A stretch of 64,000 nt of DNA from Ekhidna sp. (GCA_039940915.1 JBDVFO010000002.1), one strand, 5' to 3'. Counted from the first letter of the stretch, positions 50,326 to 60,292 are shown. A program made the numbers and translations. Notes: a model not told the origin generated them from the letters alone.

Positions 50326-50979
50326 TTAGGACTGGATGAGTCCCAGATTCATGGCTTTTTTTATCAATTCCGCCATGTTTTTAGCATGCAGTTTCTTCAT
50401 GATATTTCCTCTATGAGCTTCCACGGTACGCTCACTGATAAAAAGTTTATCAGCAATTTCCTGGCTTTTCAAACCATCAGAAATATCATTTAGAACTTCT
50501 ATTTCGCGTTTAGTTAGCTGAACACTTTCAGCTTTTTTCTTCTCTTTCTTTATTTCTTTGTAAGAATTAAGGGCGGTATCTATGACTTCTCTACTGAAAA
50601 ACTTACCACCGTCCAATACTTTCTCGATTGCGACAAGTATTTCATCCGCAACACTATCCTTCACTACATACCCAGCAATATTAAAGTTGAGTCCTTCCAT
50701 AACATACTCCTCATCTTTGTACATGCTTAGCACAATTATTCGAATGTCGGGATACTTTTCTCCAATAAGCTTGGAAGCTTCGAGACCTGTCATCTCGGGC
50801 ATGGAGATGTCCATTAAAATAATATCTGGAATATTCCCATCATCCAAGGCAGCGATTGCCTTAGTCGCTCGATCATATTCACCTATGATCTCTATGCTCT
50901 GATCCATATCAATTATGCTACGAACACCTTTGCGCACCAATTCATGGTCTTCTACCAGATATAACTTAGTCTTTTTCAT
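50326..50979 (-). CDS. NarL/FixJ-family response regulator (REC + LuxR HTH)
   Basis: VEDH...ILMDISMP...VLSM...YVVK, then LTKREIEVL...LFISERTVEAHR. Confidence 0.95.
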   Translation of the reverse strand: MKKTKLYLVEDHELVRKGVRSIIDMDQSIEIIGEYDRATKAIAALDDGNIPDIILMDISMPEMTGLEASKLIGEKYPDIRIIVLSMYKDEEYVMEGLNFNIAGYVVKDSVADEILVAIEKVLDGGKFFSREVIDTALNSYKEIKKEKKKAESVQLTKREIEVLNDISDGLKSQEIADKLFISERTVEAHRGNIMKKLHAKNMAELIKKAMNLGLIQS

Positions 50980-52321
50980 ATGGAATTTTTAAACTTATAA
51001 AGGTACCAGACCCTTTCTTAGTATCAATATTACATTCAGCATTTAATACCTCAGATCTAAATAAAATATTTTGCAATCCATGATGCGAGGTATCATCCTT
51101 ATAATCGCCTATTTCGAATCCCTGACCATCGTCTTCGATCGTCATTTGTATATGATCGTCGAAACCATAGAGTTGAATGGATGCCAATGACGCATTGGAA
51201 TGCTTGATAATGTTAGAGATATTTTCTTGGGAGATTCGATAAATATTCACTTTTAGCTTCATGTCCAGCTCAGGCAAATCCTCTGCGTGCAACTCAAATC
51301 GAATATTGGAGCTTTTGTTCGCTTGGTCAACTATTTTCTTCAGACATGCATCAATTGGAAAATCACTCAAGAGTGTAGGAAGTAAACCGTCAGTTACTTT
51401 CCTCATCTCATCTAAAAATTGATCCACCATGTCTACCAATTCTTCTCCAGTATCTCCCTTTTTTACTGATAACTTGATCATATTGGCTATTTGACCAACG
51501 CCATCATGGAGGTCTCTAGCGATCCGTTCACGCTCTTTTTCCTGTCCCTCAATAAAAGAAAGCAATTTCCTATTCTTAATGTCTTCATTGGCTTCTCTCA
51601 TTCTCACCCTTTCCGTAATATCCTTGAAAAAGAAAAGTGTATATTCTTCATCTAAGGATACATTGTGCGAATAAAAATCTCCATAAACCTTACCTTCTTC
51701 ATCGAGAATGAGCTCCAGCTCGGCAGTATCCTCTAATCCAACGATGTTAGGAAATTCACCTCCATGAACATCCGTAAATTGAAGTATCTCATTAATTTCT
51801 TTATTCATCAGCTGATCGAATGAACGGGCCGTGATGTTCTCCACTACCGAGTTTGTATACTTTATGACTCCTTGCGAATCCAAGAGAAAGATTGCTTTAT
51901 CAATCGAATTAATGATCGCTTGAAAAAGCTCACTGTTTTCTTTTATCTTTTTTTCTGCTTGAGCTTTATAGAGAGCTACATCGATGTTTGATAAGAGCTC
52001 AGCTTCATTGAAGGGCTTGACCACATATCCATACGGCAGACTAAATTTCGCCTTTTCGATCGTTGGCTCATCAGTAAGAGCTGTCAGGAAAATAATTGGG
52101 ATATCTAATTCTTGCTTGATTTCAAATGCCGCATCAATCCCATCAGAATTGGTTTCCATCATGATATCCATTAGGATCAAATCAGGAATTTCTTCTGAAG
52201 CTATATTCACTGCTTCTTTGCCCGAGTAAACTGATTTTACCTCATGCCCTCCTGACTCAAGCGCATGCTTAATGTGCTGATTAACAATAAGTGAATCTTC
52301 GGCGACTAAAATTTTTCCCAT
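50966..52321 (-). CDS. Soluble REC-PAS-HisKA_3 histidine kinase
   Basis: N-terminal receiver (AEDS...ILMDI...FLTA...YVVKP), a PAS-like segment, ERERIARDLHDGVGQ, and EDDGQGF...HHGL. No TM. Confidence 0.9.
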   Translation of the reverse strand: MGKILVAEDSLIVNQHIKHALESGGHEVKSVYSGKEAVNIASEEIPDLILMDIMMETNSDGIDAAFEIKQELDIPIIFLTALTDEPTIEKAKFSLPYGYVVKPFNEAELLSNIDVALYKAQAEKKIKENSELFQAIINSIDKAIFLLDSQGVIKYTNSVVENITARSFDQLMNKEINEILQFTDVHGGEFPNIVGLEDTAELELILDEEGKVYGDFYSHNVSLDEEYTLFFFKDITERVRMREANEDIKNRKLLSFIEGQEKERERIARDLHDGVGQIANMIKLSVKKGDTGEELVDMVDQFLDEMRKVTDGLLPTLLSDFPIDACLKKIVDQANKSSNIRFELHAEDLPELDMKLKVNIYRISQENISNIIKHSNASLASIQLYGFDDHIQMTIEDDGQGFEIGDYKDDTSHHGLQNILFRSEVLNAECNIDTKKGSGTFISLKIPYEKD

Positions 52322-52399
52322 GGGTTCTTTTCGAATACTATCAATTTATAAGATTTTGTGAGATATTACAATTGAAAGTCTTACGAAAGGGTTCACAAA

Positions 52400-52996
52400 A
52401 TGAAAGAGATATTTATTGTATCCAAAAATGCTTCTTTATCTAATTACCTCTTCCTACTGCTGGACGAAATATGTCCGAATACAATATCCCTTGGATCGGA
52501 GTTTGCAAACTCCGCTGACTTGATCATCATAGATTCTGAAACAATTTCCCCTGTTGAGATGGAAGCATATCGTCGAGAAATTCCCACAATCCTATTCGGC
52601 TTTGAGCTCCGTCCCGCGCTCATTCAATACACCACTCAATATGACATAAACGGAATCATCTCGCTCTCGATGGAAGCTTCCGATATTTTAAAAACACTCC
52701 AAGTAGCTTTAGAAAATGACATCTACTACAATGAAACAATGATTGGAATGTTATTCTCTAACAAGGCCAACGCGATTGCCGAAAGGATTATGTCTCTGAC
52801 CGATAGAGAAAATGAAATTTTGATACTCATGATGAAAGATTTGACAAATGAAGAAATTGCCCAAAATCTGGATCTTAGCGTGAGGACGGTAAATGCTCAC
52901 AAAGGAAACATCATGAGAAAAATAGGGTCTAAAACGACCAGTGGATTGATTCAAACATTACTCAATTATTCAGCAAATTTTAGAAATTCGCTTTAA
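52400..52996 (+). CDS. LuxR-family regulator with degenerate (pseudo-)receiver
   Basis: LTDRENEIL...LDLSVRTVNAHKGNIMRK HTH. The receiver lacks the acidic pocket and the conserved Thr/Ser and Lys. Confidence 0.85.
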   Translation: MKEIFIVSKNASLSNYLFLLLDEICPNTISLGSEFANSADLIIIDSETISPVEMEAYRREIPTILFGFELRPALIQYTTQYDINGIISLSMEASDILKTLQVALENDIYYNETMIGMLFSNKANAIAERIMSLTDRENEILILMMKDLTNEEIAQNLDLSVRTVNAHKGNIMRKIGSKTTSGLIQTLLNYSANFRNSL

Positions 52997-55900
52997 GTCC
53001 GTTTTCTTTATCTACTTCTACTCCTCCTCCCAATTGTTTCACAAAAGTTTTTACAAGAGAGATCCCTAATCCTGTGCTACTTTCTAGTGTTTCAGGCCTG
53101 AGTTTTTTTCCATTATTCAGAACTCGAAGCGTATAACTTCCTTTTTTTCTTGTAAAAAGAATTGAAATCTTACCTGGCTGTCCTACTTCAAATCCATGCT
53201 TTAGTGCATTTCCAACCATTTCGCTTACCATCAAGCCAATCAAAAGGGCTTTCTCTACGTCAAGAATAATCTTGTCTGACTTAACCTCAATTTTAATCAC
53301 AGAAGAGCCCTGGAGAATCTGCAACTCCTGTGCTATATGCTCTAAATATTCACTAATATTGATTTCTGAGACATTGTTAAATGTATAAAGCTTGTCATGG
53401 ATCACTGACATAGCTTTAATTCGGTCATTCACTTCATTAAAAATGGCTTTGGCTTTGTCTCCTTCAAGGTCATAAGATTTGAGAGCAAGGATGGAAGAAA
53501 TGAGCTGCATGTTATTTTTCACTCTGTGGTGCACTTCCTTTATTAGCACATTCTTTTCTTCGAGCGAAGACTCCAGTTGCTTTTGCAGGCGCTTATCAGC
53601 AGTCACATCATAGATAACTCCAACCATGCCTTTTATTTTTTCATTGTGATCTCTTAATATTCTTGTAAAAGATCTCAAATATTTTTCCTCATTGTCAATT
53701 TTTACTCTGAAATCTGACTCCAGGAAATTGATCCCTTGCTTAACCATATCACGGCTTTCCTCAATTACCTTTTTGTCATCTTCAACAAAATAGGGTACAA
53801 GGTCTTTGATTGTTGCAGGCTTATTGACCATCGTGAAAATAGAATACATCTGATCTTCCCAGAAGACTTCATCCAACTCTCGATCATACTCCCACACCCC
53901 TAAGTTGGCAATTTCAGTTGCAAGAAGTATCCTGTCTGACAACCGTCGAATTTTTTGCTCTGCATTCTTCTGTTCAGTGATGTCTTGTACCGTACCAATC
54001 ATCCTAACAGACCTACCCATACCATCCTTAATCATTTTCCCTCGACCTGATATCCATTTTATCTTTCCGGTCATGAGATTTATGATTCGATAGACATGAA
54101 AAAAATCTCTTCCTTCCTTAATGCTCTTCTTAATTTTTTCTTCAAATTCTTGCAAATCTTCCGGGTGAACTAGTCGCTGAATCACTGAGGCATGCCTTTG
54201 ATTTTTGTCAAAACCCATCATAGAAATCATCTCATCAGACGGAATAAAGCTTTTAGCATCTACATCGTATTCGTAGTTACCTATTTTCGATATCCTCTGT
54301 GCTTCCAATAATTTAGCCTGACTATCTTGCAGCTTGCGCTCTGCCACCTTCAGGTTGGTCACATCAAGCATCCCAGTAATGGATCGTTCAAAATTGCCAT
54401 CCTCATCGTACTCAGCAACAGCAGAAAGCAAAACATCCATAACTTCACCTGACTTCTTCACATATTGGTATTCAATATTTCGAATGGATCCGTCCTCGAA
54501 TAATTTTTTCAAATTTGCCTGTATGACTCCTTGCCCCCTTTCCACCATGAAGTCCTCCGGAGACCTGCCAATGACCTCATTTCTTTCAAAGCCCATCTTC
54601 TCCAACCAAAAATCGCTCACACTGATTATTTCTAGCTTTTCATTGATTGAGTGCATCATCACAGGTGCCTTATTATAGATGCTTCGATACTTTCTAAGTG
54701 ATTTCTCAAGTGCCATTTCTATTTCCTTACGCGTATTAATGTTTTGTAAGGAGATAACAGCTCCAAAGGGCTCATTGAGGCGCGTTGCACGTAGGTTATA
54801 CCACTTCTCATCATGCAGCTTCATCTCATGATCCAGTGACTTGATTTGTTTAGATAGAATTGATTTTAAGCCGTCTGTGAGATATTCTCCATCTCCAAAA
54901 AAATCCATAAAATCGAAGACAGATCGTCCAACTTCTAATGCTGCGAACGGTCTATTTTTTATGTATAGTTTGAGGTTTCTATTCACACTCAAAATGACCC
55001 CATTACCATCCACCACAAGAATGGCCTCATCCAAAGCATCCAGAACGCCTTGCTTCAAAGATTCTTCTCTCTTCAACTTTTTCCCTGCTTCTGTATATTC
55101 ACTTATATCCTCAGTGAAGTAAACCACATTGTCAAGATTTCCAAAGGCATCATAGAGTGGATAGTACTTAATCCTGTATGTTTTTGATTCGCCAACGTGC
55201 GTTAATGGAATTTCGGCTTCTACCTCTCCTTGCTCCCCTTTAAATGCTTTTTTTATCGACTCTACGTGTGAATCCTTGGTGAAAAGGTTATTATCAAAGA
55301 GGTTAAACTTATTGATGTATTCATCCAAGTCAATCATCCAATACTCTGCTGATTTAGAGTTAGCAGCAACCATCGTCCCTTCTCTGTCATAAATCGTTAT
55401 GGCATAGGGAGCTTCGTTGATCATTTCTTTGTATCGTGACTCGCTTTCTTTAAGAAGAAGGCGTGAATTTTTCTTGTCAGTTATGTCAAGCATAAGTCCT
55501 CGGAGAAGCTCAGGCTTCCCGTTCACTTTGACTACTTCCACCATATCCTGTACCCATATTATGCCGCCATTTTGATGCACCAAACGGTACTCTAATTGAT
55601 AGTTATCTGAATCAGGAGCTTTATTCCTTTCATAGCCTATCACTCGCTCCCTGTCTTCTTCAAAAATTCTTGATTGCCAAAAACGCTCTTCCAGCCAGTT
55701 TTCTATTGGGAACCCCAACAATTCGCTCGCCTTAGGACTTATGTAAGAAAAAGTCTGGGTACCAATCTTTGTTTCCCAGACTACCGCATTTAAATTTTCT
55801 ACCAGTATCCTGTAACGTCCCTCTTCGTGTTGAATCTTTTGTTCATATAATACTTTATCAGTGATGTCTGCCATGTTACAGATGGCACCAACAAGCTTTT

Positions 55901-56237
55901 CTTTATCATCATAAAACGGCGATGCATCGATTGACAGCCATCTTTTTTCACCATTGATAAAAATCCCTTGTGTGGCAGAAGTAATGACCTCTTCATTATT
56001 TAAAACAGAATATAGGGCATGCTCTTTTTCCCCTAGAATTTCATCTTGTGCATCAAATTTGGTCACTTGAAAAGATGAATAATGGAGTCCAATCAGATCA
56101 GAATCTTCACTTATATTTAATAGACTAAAAACTGCCTTATTGGCATAAACTACCACGCCTTCCAGGTTTACCTGCAAAACTCCATAGGGCATGCTTTCCA
56201 AAACATTCTGGTGATGTATGTTAATGTGAGTATCCAA
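52980..56237 (-). CDS. Soluble multi-PAS (7 PAS) histidine kinase, HisKA_2 type
   Basis: Seven PAS/PAC repeats ending DIT/DIS/NIN/DVT, H-box EVHHRVKNNMQLISSIL, EMVGNALKH and GLGISLV. Confidence 0.92.
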   Translation of the reverse strand: MDTHINIHHQNVLESMPYGVLQVNLEGVVVYANKAVFSLLNISEDSDLIGLHYSSFQVTKFDAQDEILGEKEHALYSVLNNEEVITSATQGIFINGEKRWLSIDASPFYDDKEKLVGAICNMADITDKVLYEQKIQHEEGRYRILVENLNAVVWETKIGTQTFSYISPKASELLGFPIENWLEERFWQSRIFEEDRERVIGYERNKAPDSDNYQLEYRLVHQNGGIIWVQDMVEVVKVNGKPELLRGLMLDITDKKNSRLLLKESESRYKEMINEAPYAITIYDREGTMVAANSKSAEYWMIDLDEYINKFNLFDNNLFTKDSHVESIKKAFKGEQGEVEAEIPLTHVGESKTYRIKYYPLYDAFGNLDNVVYFTEDISEYTEAGKKLKREESLKQGVLDALDEAILVVDGNGVILSVNRNLKLYIKNRPFAALEVGRSVFDFMDFFGDGEYLTDGLKSILSKQIKSLDHEMKLHDEKWYNLRATRLNEPFGAVISLQNINTRKEIEMALEKSLRKYRSIYNKAPVMMHSINEKLEIISVSDFWLEKMGFERNEVIGRSPEDFMVERGQGVIQANLKKLFEDGSIRNIEYQYVKKSGEVMDVLLSAVAEYDEDGNFERSITGMLDVTNLKVAERKLQDSQAKLLEAQRISKIGNYEYDVDAKSFIPSDEMISMMGFDKNQRHASVIQRLVHPEDLQEFEEKIKKSIKEGRDFFHVYRIINLMTGKIKWISGRGKMIKDGMGRSVRMIGTVQDITEQKNAEQKIRRLSDRILLATEIANLGVWEYDRELDEVFWEDQMYSIFTMVNKPATIKDLVPYFVEDDKKVIEESRDMVKQGINFLESDFRVKIDNEEKYLRSFTRILRDHNEKIKGMVGVIYDVTADKRLQKQLESSLEEKNVLIKEVHHRVKNNMQLISSILALKSYDLEGDKAKAIFNEVNDRIKAMSVIHDKLYTFNNVSEINISEYLEHIAQELQILQGSSVIKIEVKSDKIILDVEKALLIGLMVSEMVGNALKHGFEVGQPGKISILFTRKKGSYTLRVLNNGKKLRPETLESSTGLGISLVKTFVKQLGGGVEVDKENGLKANF

Positions 56238-56394
56238 TCTTTTAGCCGACTTTATTCGGCTAGGATAAAATTATGAGAATAACCTGACATCAGGTTCCAA
56301 AAAAAGAATTGATTTTAAGATTAGTCATTTTAACTAAATCAATTTCATCATAACCACGAAGAAGCTATTTTAAGCTACTTGTATCTCTTTGTAG

Positions 56395-56521
56395 TGAAGA
56401 AATTAGTCTTACTCAAAGAAGAAATTTATAGCGATTCTCTTCGTAAGCAGTGAATTAAAATACAATGCGTTCAGCAGTGTGATTAGGTGATTAGGTGCCT
56501 CGGGAGGGGTACCTTTTTTTT
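56395..56521 (+). ncRNA. Candidate intergenic sRNA ending in an intrinsic terminator
   Basis: CTTAC..GAAGA/TCTTC-GTAAG stem, then AGGTGCCTC/GGGGTACCT + T8 terminator, with no + strand gene upstream to terminate. The 5' end is a guess. Confidence 0.35.
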
Positions 56522-56533
56522 GCTCAAAAAGCC

Positions 56534-56564
56534 TATTTAGATTGATTCTAAATAATTACATTTG
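56534..56564 (+). promoter_or_regulatory. Iron-box-like operator overlapping the promoter of the Fe3+ ABC operon
   Basis: Perfect inverted repeat TATTTAGA-N5-TCTAAATA (56534-56554), directly before the -7 box TACATTTG (56557-56564). Confidence 0.7.
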
Positions 56565-56578
56565 CCAAAAAAAAACGC

Positions 56579-57610
56579 ATGAGATACATAAAGCTTTTGT
56601 TGCTCGCATTTACTATCGCCTGTTCAGGCACCAAGGATAGCAAAGAGGAGAGCGCCTCCACTCAGGATCAGGTGCTAAATGTCTATTCACACAGACACTA
56701 TGATGCTGACAAGCAAGCATTTGAGCGGTTTACTGAAGAAACAGGCATAAAGATCAATTTGGTAAAAGCCGGTGCGGATGAATTGATCAGTCGATTGGAG
56801 ATGGAAGGAGAGAATTCTCCCGCTGACGTTTTGATTACAGTGGATGCCGCAAAGCTGAACCGTGCAAAATCAATGGGTTTACTTCAATCAGTAGAAGCCA
56901 AAACGAACAATAAAGATGGCTTCATCGATCCGGACAAAAACTGGTACGCCATTACCTATCGTGCAAGAGTAATTGCGTATGACAAAGAAGATGTAGCTAT
57001 TTCTGAGCTTTCGACCTACGAAGATTTGGCAAGCGAAAAATGGAAGAATCGAATTTTAATCAGATCCTCAAGCAGCTCGTACAATCAATCTTTGCTCTCA
57101 TCTATAATTTATGAAAATGGTGCGGACATTGCTGGCAAATGGGCAATAGGAATTGTAGAAAACATGGCTCGTGAACCTAAAGGTGGAGATCGTGATCAAA
57201 TAAAGGCTATTGCATCGGGTGTAGGTGATCTTGCCATAGTTAATACCTACTATGTGGGATTGTTATTGAACTCCGATAATCCAGAAGAGGTAAAGGCCGG
57301 GCAAAGGGTAGGAATCTACTTTCCAAATCAAGAAGGACGGGGCGGACACATAAACATCAGTGGTGTTGGCGTTACTAAAAATGCTCCAAACAAAGCAAAC
57401 GCGATCAAGTTCATAGAATTTTTGACTAGCGAAAAAATACAGAAGTTCTATGCTTCCACTTCGTTCGAATTTCCTGTTCATAACAATGTTGCTCCAGATT
57501 CAACGATCGCTGCCTGGGGAGAATTCAAAATAGATGATCTTGACTATGCTTCAAATCCAGATTTACTAGATCAGGCAATAAAACTATTTGATGAAGCTGG
57601 CTGGAATTAA
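56579..57610 (+). CDS. Fe3+ ABC transporter substrate-binding lipoprotein (FutA/FbpA-type)
   Basis: Lipobox TIA-C; YSHRHY, SPADVLITVD, YNQSL and NTYY (Fe-ligating Tyr pair) motifs. Confidence 0.92.
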   Translation: MRYIKLLLLAFTIACSGTKDSKEESASTQDQVLNVYSHRHYDADKQAFERFTEETGIKINLVKAGADELISRLEMEGENSPADVLITVDAAKLNRAKSMGLLQSVEAKTNNKDGFIDPDKNWYAITYRARVIAYDKEDVAISELSTYEDLASEKWKNRILIRSSSSSYNQSLLSSIIYENGADIAGKWAIGIVENMAREPKGGDRDQIKAIASGVGDLAIVNTYYVGLLLNSDNPEEVKAGQRVGIYFPNQEGRGGHINISGVGVTKNAPNKANAIKFIEFLTSEKIQKFYASTSFEFPVHNNVAPDSTIAAWGEFKIDDLDYASNPDLLDQAIKLFDEAGWN

Positions 57611-59165
57611 AACACCCAGACATCTTTATTGGCGACTCGCTACAAACATCATACTGGTGGCTATTTTGCTACCACTGGTGTTGGTGGCGAGTCGTTCATT
57701 TATGCTTGATGCCTCAAATCTTAAGCATATTGCCAGCAACGTCCTCCCCCTCTACCTTAAGAATACTTCCCTTTTAGTAATCGGCACCTCATTGCTTTCA
57801 CTTCTCATTGGTGTTTCCACTGCATGGTTTGTCACTGTTTATGATTTCCCATTTAGACGTCAGTTTGAATGGATGCTTATTCTTCCACTTTCTATTCCCA
57901 CATTCATCAATGCCATCGCGTATGTTGGTCTCACGGATTATGCTGGTCCTGTTAGAATTTTCCTTAGGTGGCTCAATGCGGATGTCTACTTAGATATTAT
58001 GAATCACTTCGGGGCAGTTTTCGTTATGAGTCTGGTGTTGTATCCTTACGTATATGTCACGTCAAGATCAGCATTCCTTCTCCAATCTGCATCTCTAATA
58101 GAAGTCTCTCGATCTTTGGGTCAGTCAATTAGAAAAACGTTCCGAAAAGTGGTTTTACCATTGGCATGGCCCGCCATATTTGCAGGGTTAATTCTGGTAA
58201 TTATGGAAGTGCTCAATGACTATGGAGTGGTCTCCTATTTCGGAATTCCCACCTTTACTGTGGGAATATTTAGATCCTGGCTCGCGCTAGGTGACCTCTC
58301 TACGGCGGTATTTCTTTCCGTGATCGTTCTCACTTTCGTGTTGATTTTACTGATCATGGAATTTAAAGCCAATCAAAACAAGAAATTCTCAAACGACAAA
58401 ACAGAAAGAGTCTTCACTCGATTAAAACCAAAAAGAAAGTGGCTTGTCTTTGCGTTTTGCATGCTTCCCTTTTTTTTAGGATTTATCGTGCCAGTAGGGC
58501 AACTAATATGGTGGTTTATACTCGCCTATTCTCATGATGTCTGGTCGCATTTATTAACACTTGCTGCAAATACTGCCATACTAGGTTCATTATCAAGTAT
58601 CATCATTTTATCACTCTCAATCATTCTTGCATATACGTTCCGATTGGTGGATAAAAAGGGATTCAAAAAAACGCTGAGTAAACTTCCTATGCTCGGATAT
58701 GCCATGCCTGGAGCAGTGATAGCAGTAGGAATAGTGGCTTTGGTATTACTCATCAATCCAAATCTGATCTATTCTGGAATCGCCGCATTAATTTTTGGCT
58801 ATACCGTAAGATTTTTTGCCGTTGGCTATGGGTCTATAGAATCCGGGTTTGAAAAAATATCTCGCCAAATAGATGATGTCGCCGTTTCTCTAGGTAGCAA
58901 CTCTCTCAAAAATTTGCTGAAAATTCATATTCCAATTTTGAAACCTGCACTTCTGGGTGCATTGATAATGGTATTTGTAGATGTCGCCAAAGAGCTACCT
59001 ATAACCCTAATATTACGTCCATTTAATTATGAGACGCTAGCCACCAATGCTTTTCAATATGCTAAGGATGAAATGGCGCCCAGAGCGGCATCCTCTAGTT
59101 TGCTTATTATTTTTGCGAGTGCCATTCCCGTTTACTATTTAAATAGAATTCTGCATAGAAAGTGA
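57588..59165 (+). CDS. Fe3+ ABC transporter permease (FutB/FbpB-type)
   Basis: Duplicated permease halves with LYPYVY...EVSRSLG and ELPITLILRPFNYETLA. Confidence 0.92.
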   Translation: MMKLAGIKTPRHLYWRLATNIILVAILLPLVLVASRSFMLDASNLKHIASNVLPLYLKNTSLLVIGTSLLSLLIGVSTAWFVTVYDFPFRRQFEWMLILPLSIPTFINAIAYVGLTDYAGPVRIFLRWLNADVYLDIMNHFGAVFVMSLVLYPYVYVTSRSAFLLQSASLIEVSRSLGQSIRKTFRKVVLPLAWPAIFAGLILVIMEVLNDYGVVSYFGIPTFTVGIFRSWLALGDLSTAVFLSVIVLTFVLILLIMEFKANQNKKFSNDKTERVFTRLKPKRKWLVFAFCMLPFFLGFIVPVGQLIWWFILAYSHDVWSHLLTLAANTAILGSLSSIIILSLSIILAYTFRLVDKKGFKKTLSKLPMLGYAMPGAVIAVGIVALVLLINPNLIYSGIAALIFGYTVRFFAVGYGSIESGFEKISRQIDDVAVSLGSNSLKNLLKIHIPILKPALLGALIMVFVDVAKELPITLILRPFNYETLATNAFQYAKDEMAPRAASSSLLIIFASAIPVYYLNRILHRK

Positions 59166-60172
59166 ATCTCCGTCTAGAGCATATCAGCAAAAGTTTTGAA
59201 AATACCAGGGTACTGGACGATGTTTCCTTTTCTATTCAAAAAGGAGAAATATTGTCACTGACTGGTGAAAGTGGGTGTGGAAAAAGTACGCTATTGAGAA
59301 TAATCTCCGGACTTGAAATTCCTGATGCGGGAAAAATCATTCTGAATGATGAAGAGATCACTGATTGGCGACCTGAGCAAAGGAATTTTGGTTTTGTTTT
59401 TCAGAATTTAGCTCTTTTCCCTCACCTGACTGTAAGAGACAACATCTTCTATGCAATAAAAAAGAAGCGTCAATCTTTTGATGAGCTGCAGGGACTATTA
59501 GAAATGACAGGCCTGAAAGGCCTGGATAAGCGCTATCCCCATGAACTGTCTGGCGGTCAGCAGCAACGTGTTGCACTCGCACGCGCTCTTGCTATCAAAC
59601 CACAGTTGCTTATTTTGGACGAGCCCTTCAGCAGCCTAGATGAGTTATTGAAAGCAAAGATTCGGGAAGAGATTTTCGAACTGTTAAGATCATTGCAAAT
59701 AACAACTATCCTGGTAAGTCATCAAGCCTCGGATGCCTTTCTTATCGCTGACAAACTGGTGGTAATGCGGCATGGACAGATCCAACAAATTGGCTCACCT
59801 ACCGAAGTTTATCAGAAACCAGTTTCGCCATACGTGTCTGATTTCTTTGGAGCGAGTGTAATTCTTAAAGGCAAAAGTGAGAATGGAAGTGATATTCAGA
59901 CCTCTTTTGGCACCCTTCAAATCACTAATCCCAGAACTGAAGATCTTCAACTTTTCGTAAGACCTGAAAATATTTCGATCAGTACTTCACATGACTACAA
60001 TCTTGCCGGATTCATTGTGAAAAAAGAGTTTAAAGGACCTCACGATGTGCTTAAAATCGGAAATGAAAACTCTGAGGAGTTAATCTCGTTAGAAACTGAG
60101 AGATGTTCGCTTGATGTCGGTGAAGCCATCTACTTAAAAGTGCCTGAATCTCACGTACTGATATTTCAGTAG
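59162..60172 (+). CDS. Fe3+ ABC transporter ATP-binding protein (FutC/FbpC-type)
   Basis: GESGCGKS, LSGGQQQRVALARAL and LDEPFSSLD motifs. Confidence 0.93.
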   Translation: MNLRLEHISKSFENTRVLDDVSFSIQKGEILSLTGESGCGKSTLLRIISGLEIPDAGKIILNDEEITDWRPEQRNFGFVFQNLALFPHLTVRDNIFYAIKKKRQSFDELQGLLEMTGLKGLDKRYPHELSGGQQQRVALARALAIKPQLLILDEPFSSLDELLKAKIREEIFELLRSLQITTILVSHQASDAFLIADKLVVMRHGQIQQIGSPTEVYQKPVSPYVSDFFGASVILKGKSENGSDIQTSFGTLQITNPRTEDLQLFVRPENISISTSHDYNLAGFIVKKEFKGPHDVLKIGNENSEELISLETERCSLDVGEAIYLKVPESHVLIFQ

Positions 60173-60238
60173 TGTTCATTCTCCTTGCTTGGCTGTTCGT
60201 TATTGTACAAAAACATTTTTTTTGATACTTATAATTAT

Positions 60239-60278
60239 CTGATTATCAGCTAATTATAAATAATGGCACACCATTTGT
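60239..60278 (+). promoter_or_regulatory. sigma54-like promoter with IHF-like site
   Basis: TATCAGctaaTTA (60244-60256) and TGGCACACCATTTGT (60264-60278, GG-N10-GT). Confidence 0.5.
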
Positions 60279-60292
60279 GTTTAAAAGTGCAA

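Noticed and set aside
56240-56578. Cobalamin or other known riboswitch ahead of the ABC transporter
   Set aside because: No B12-box or other recognisable aptamer core. The operon has its own promoter downstream of the terminator.
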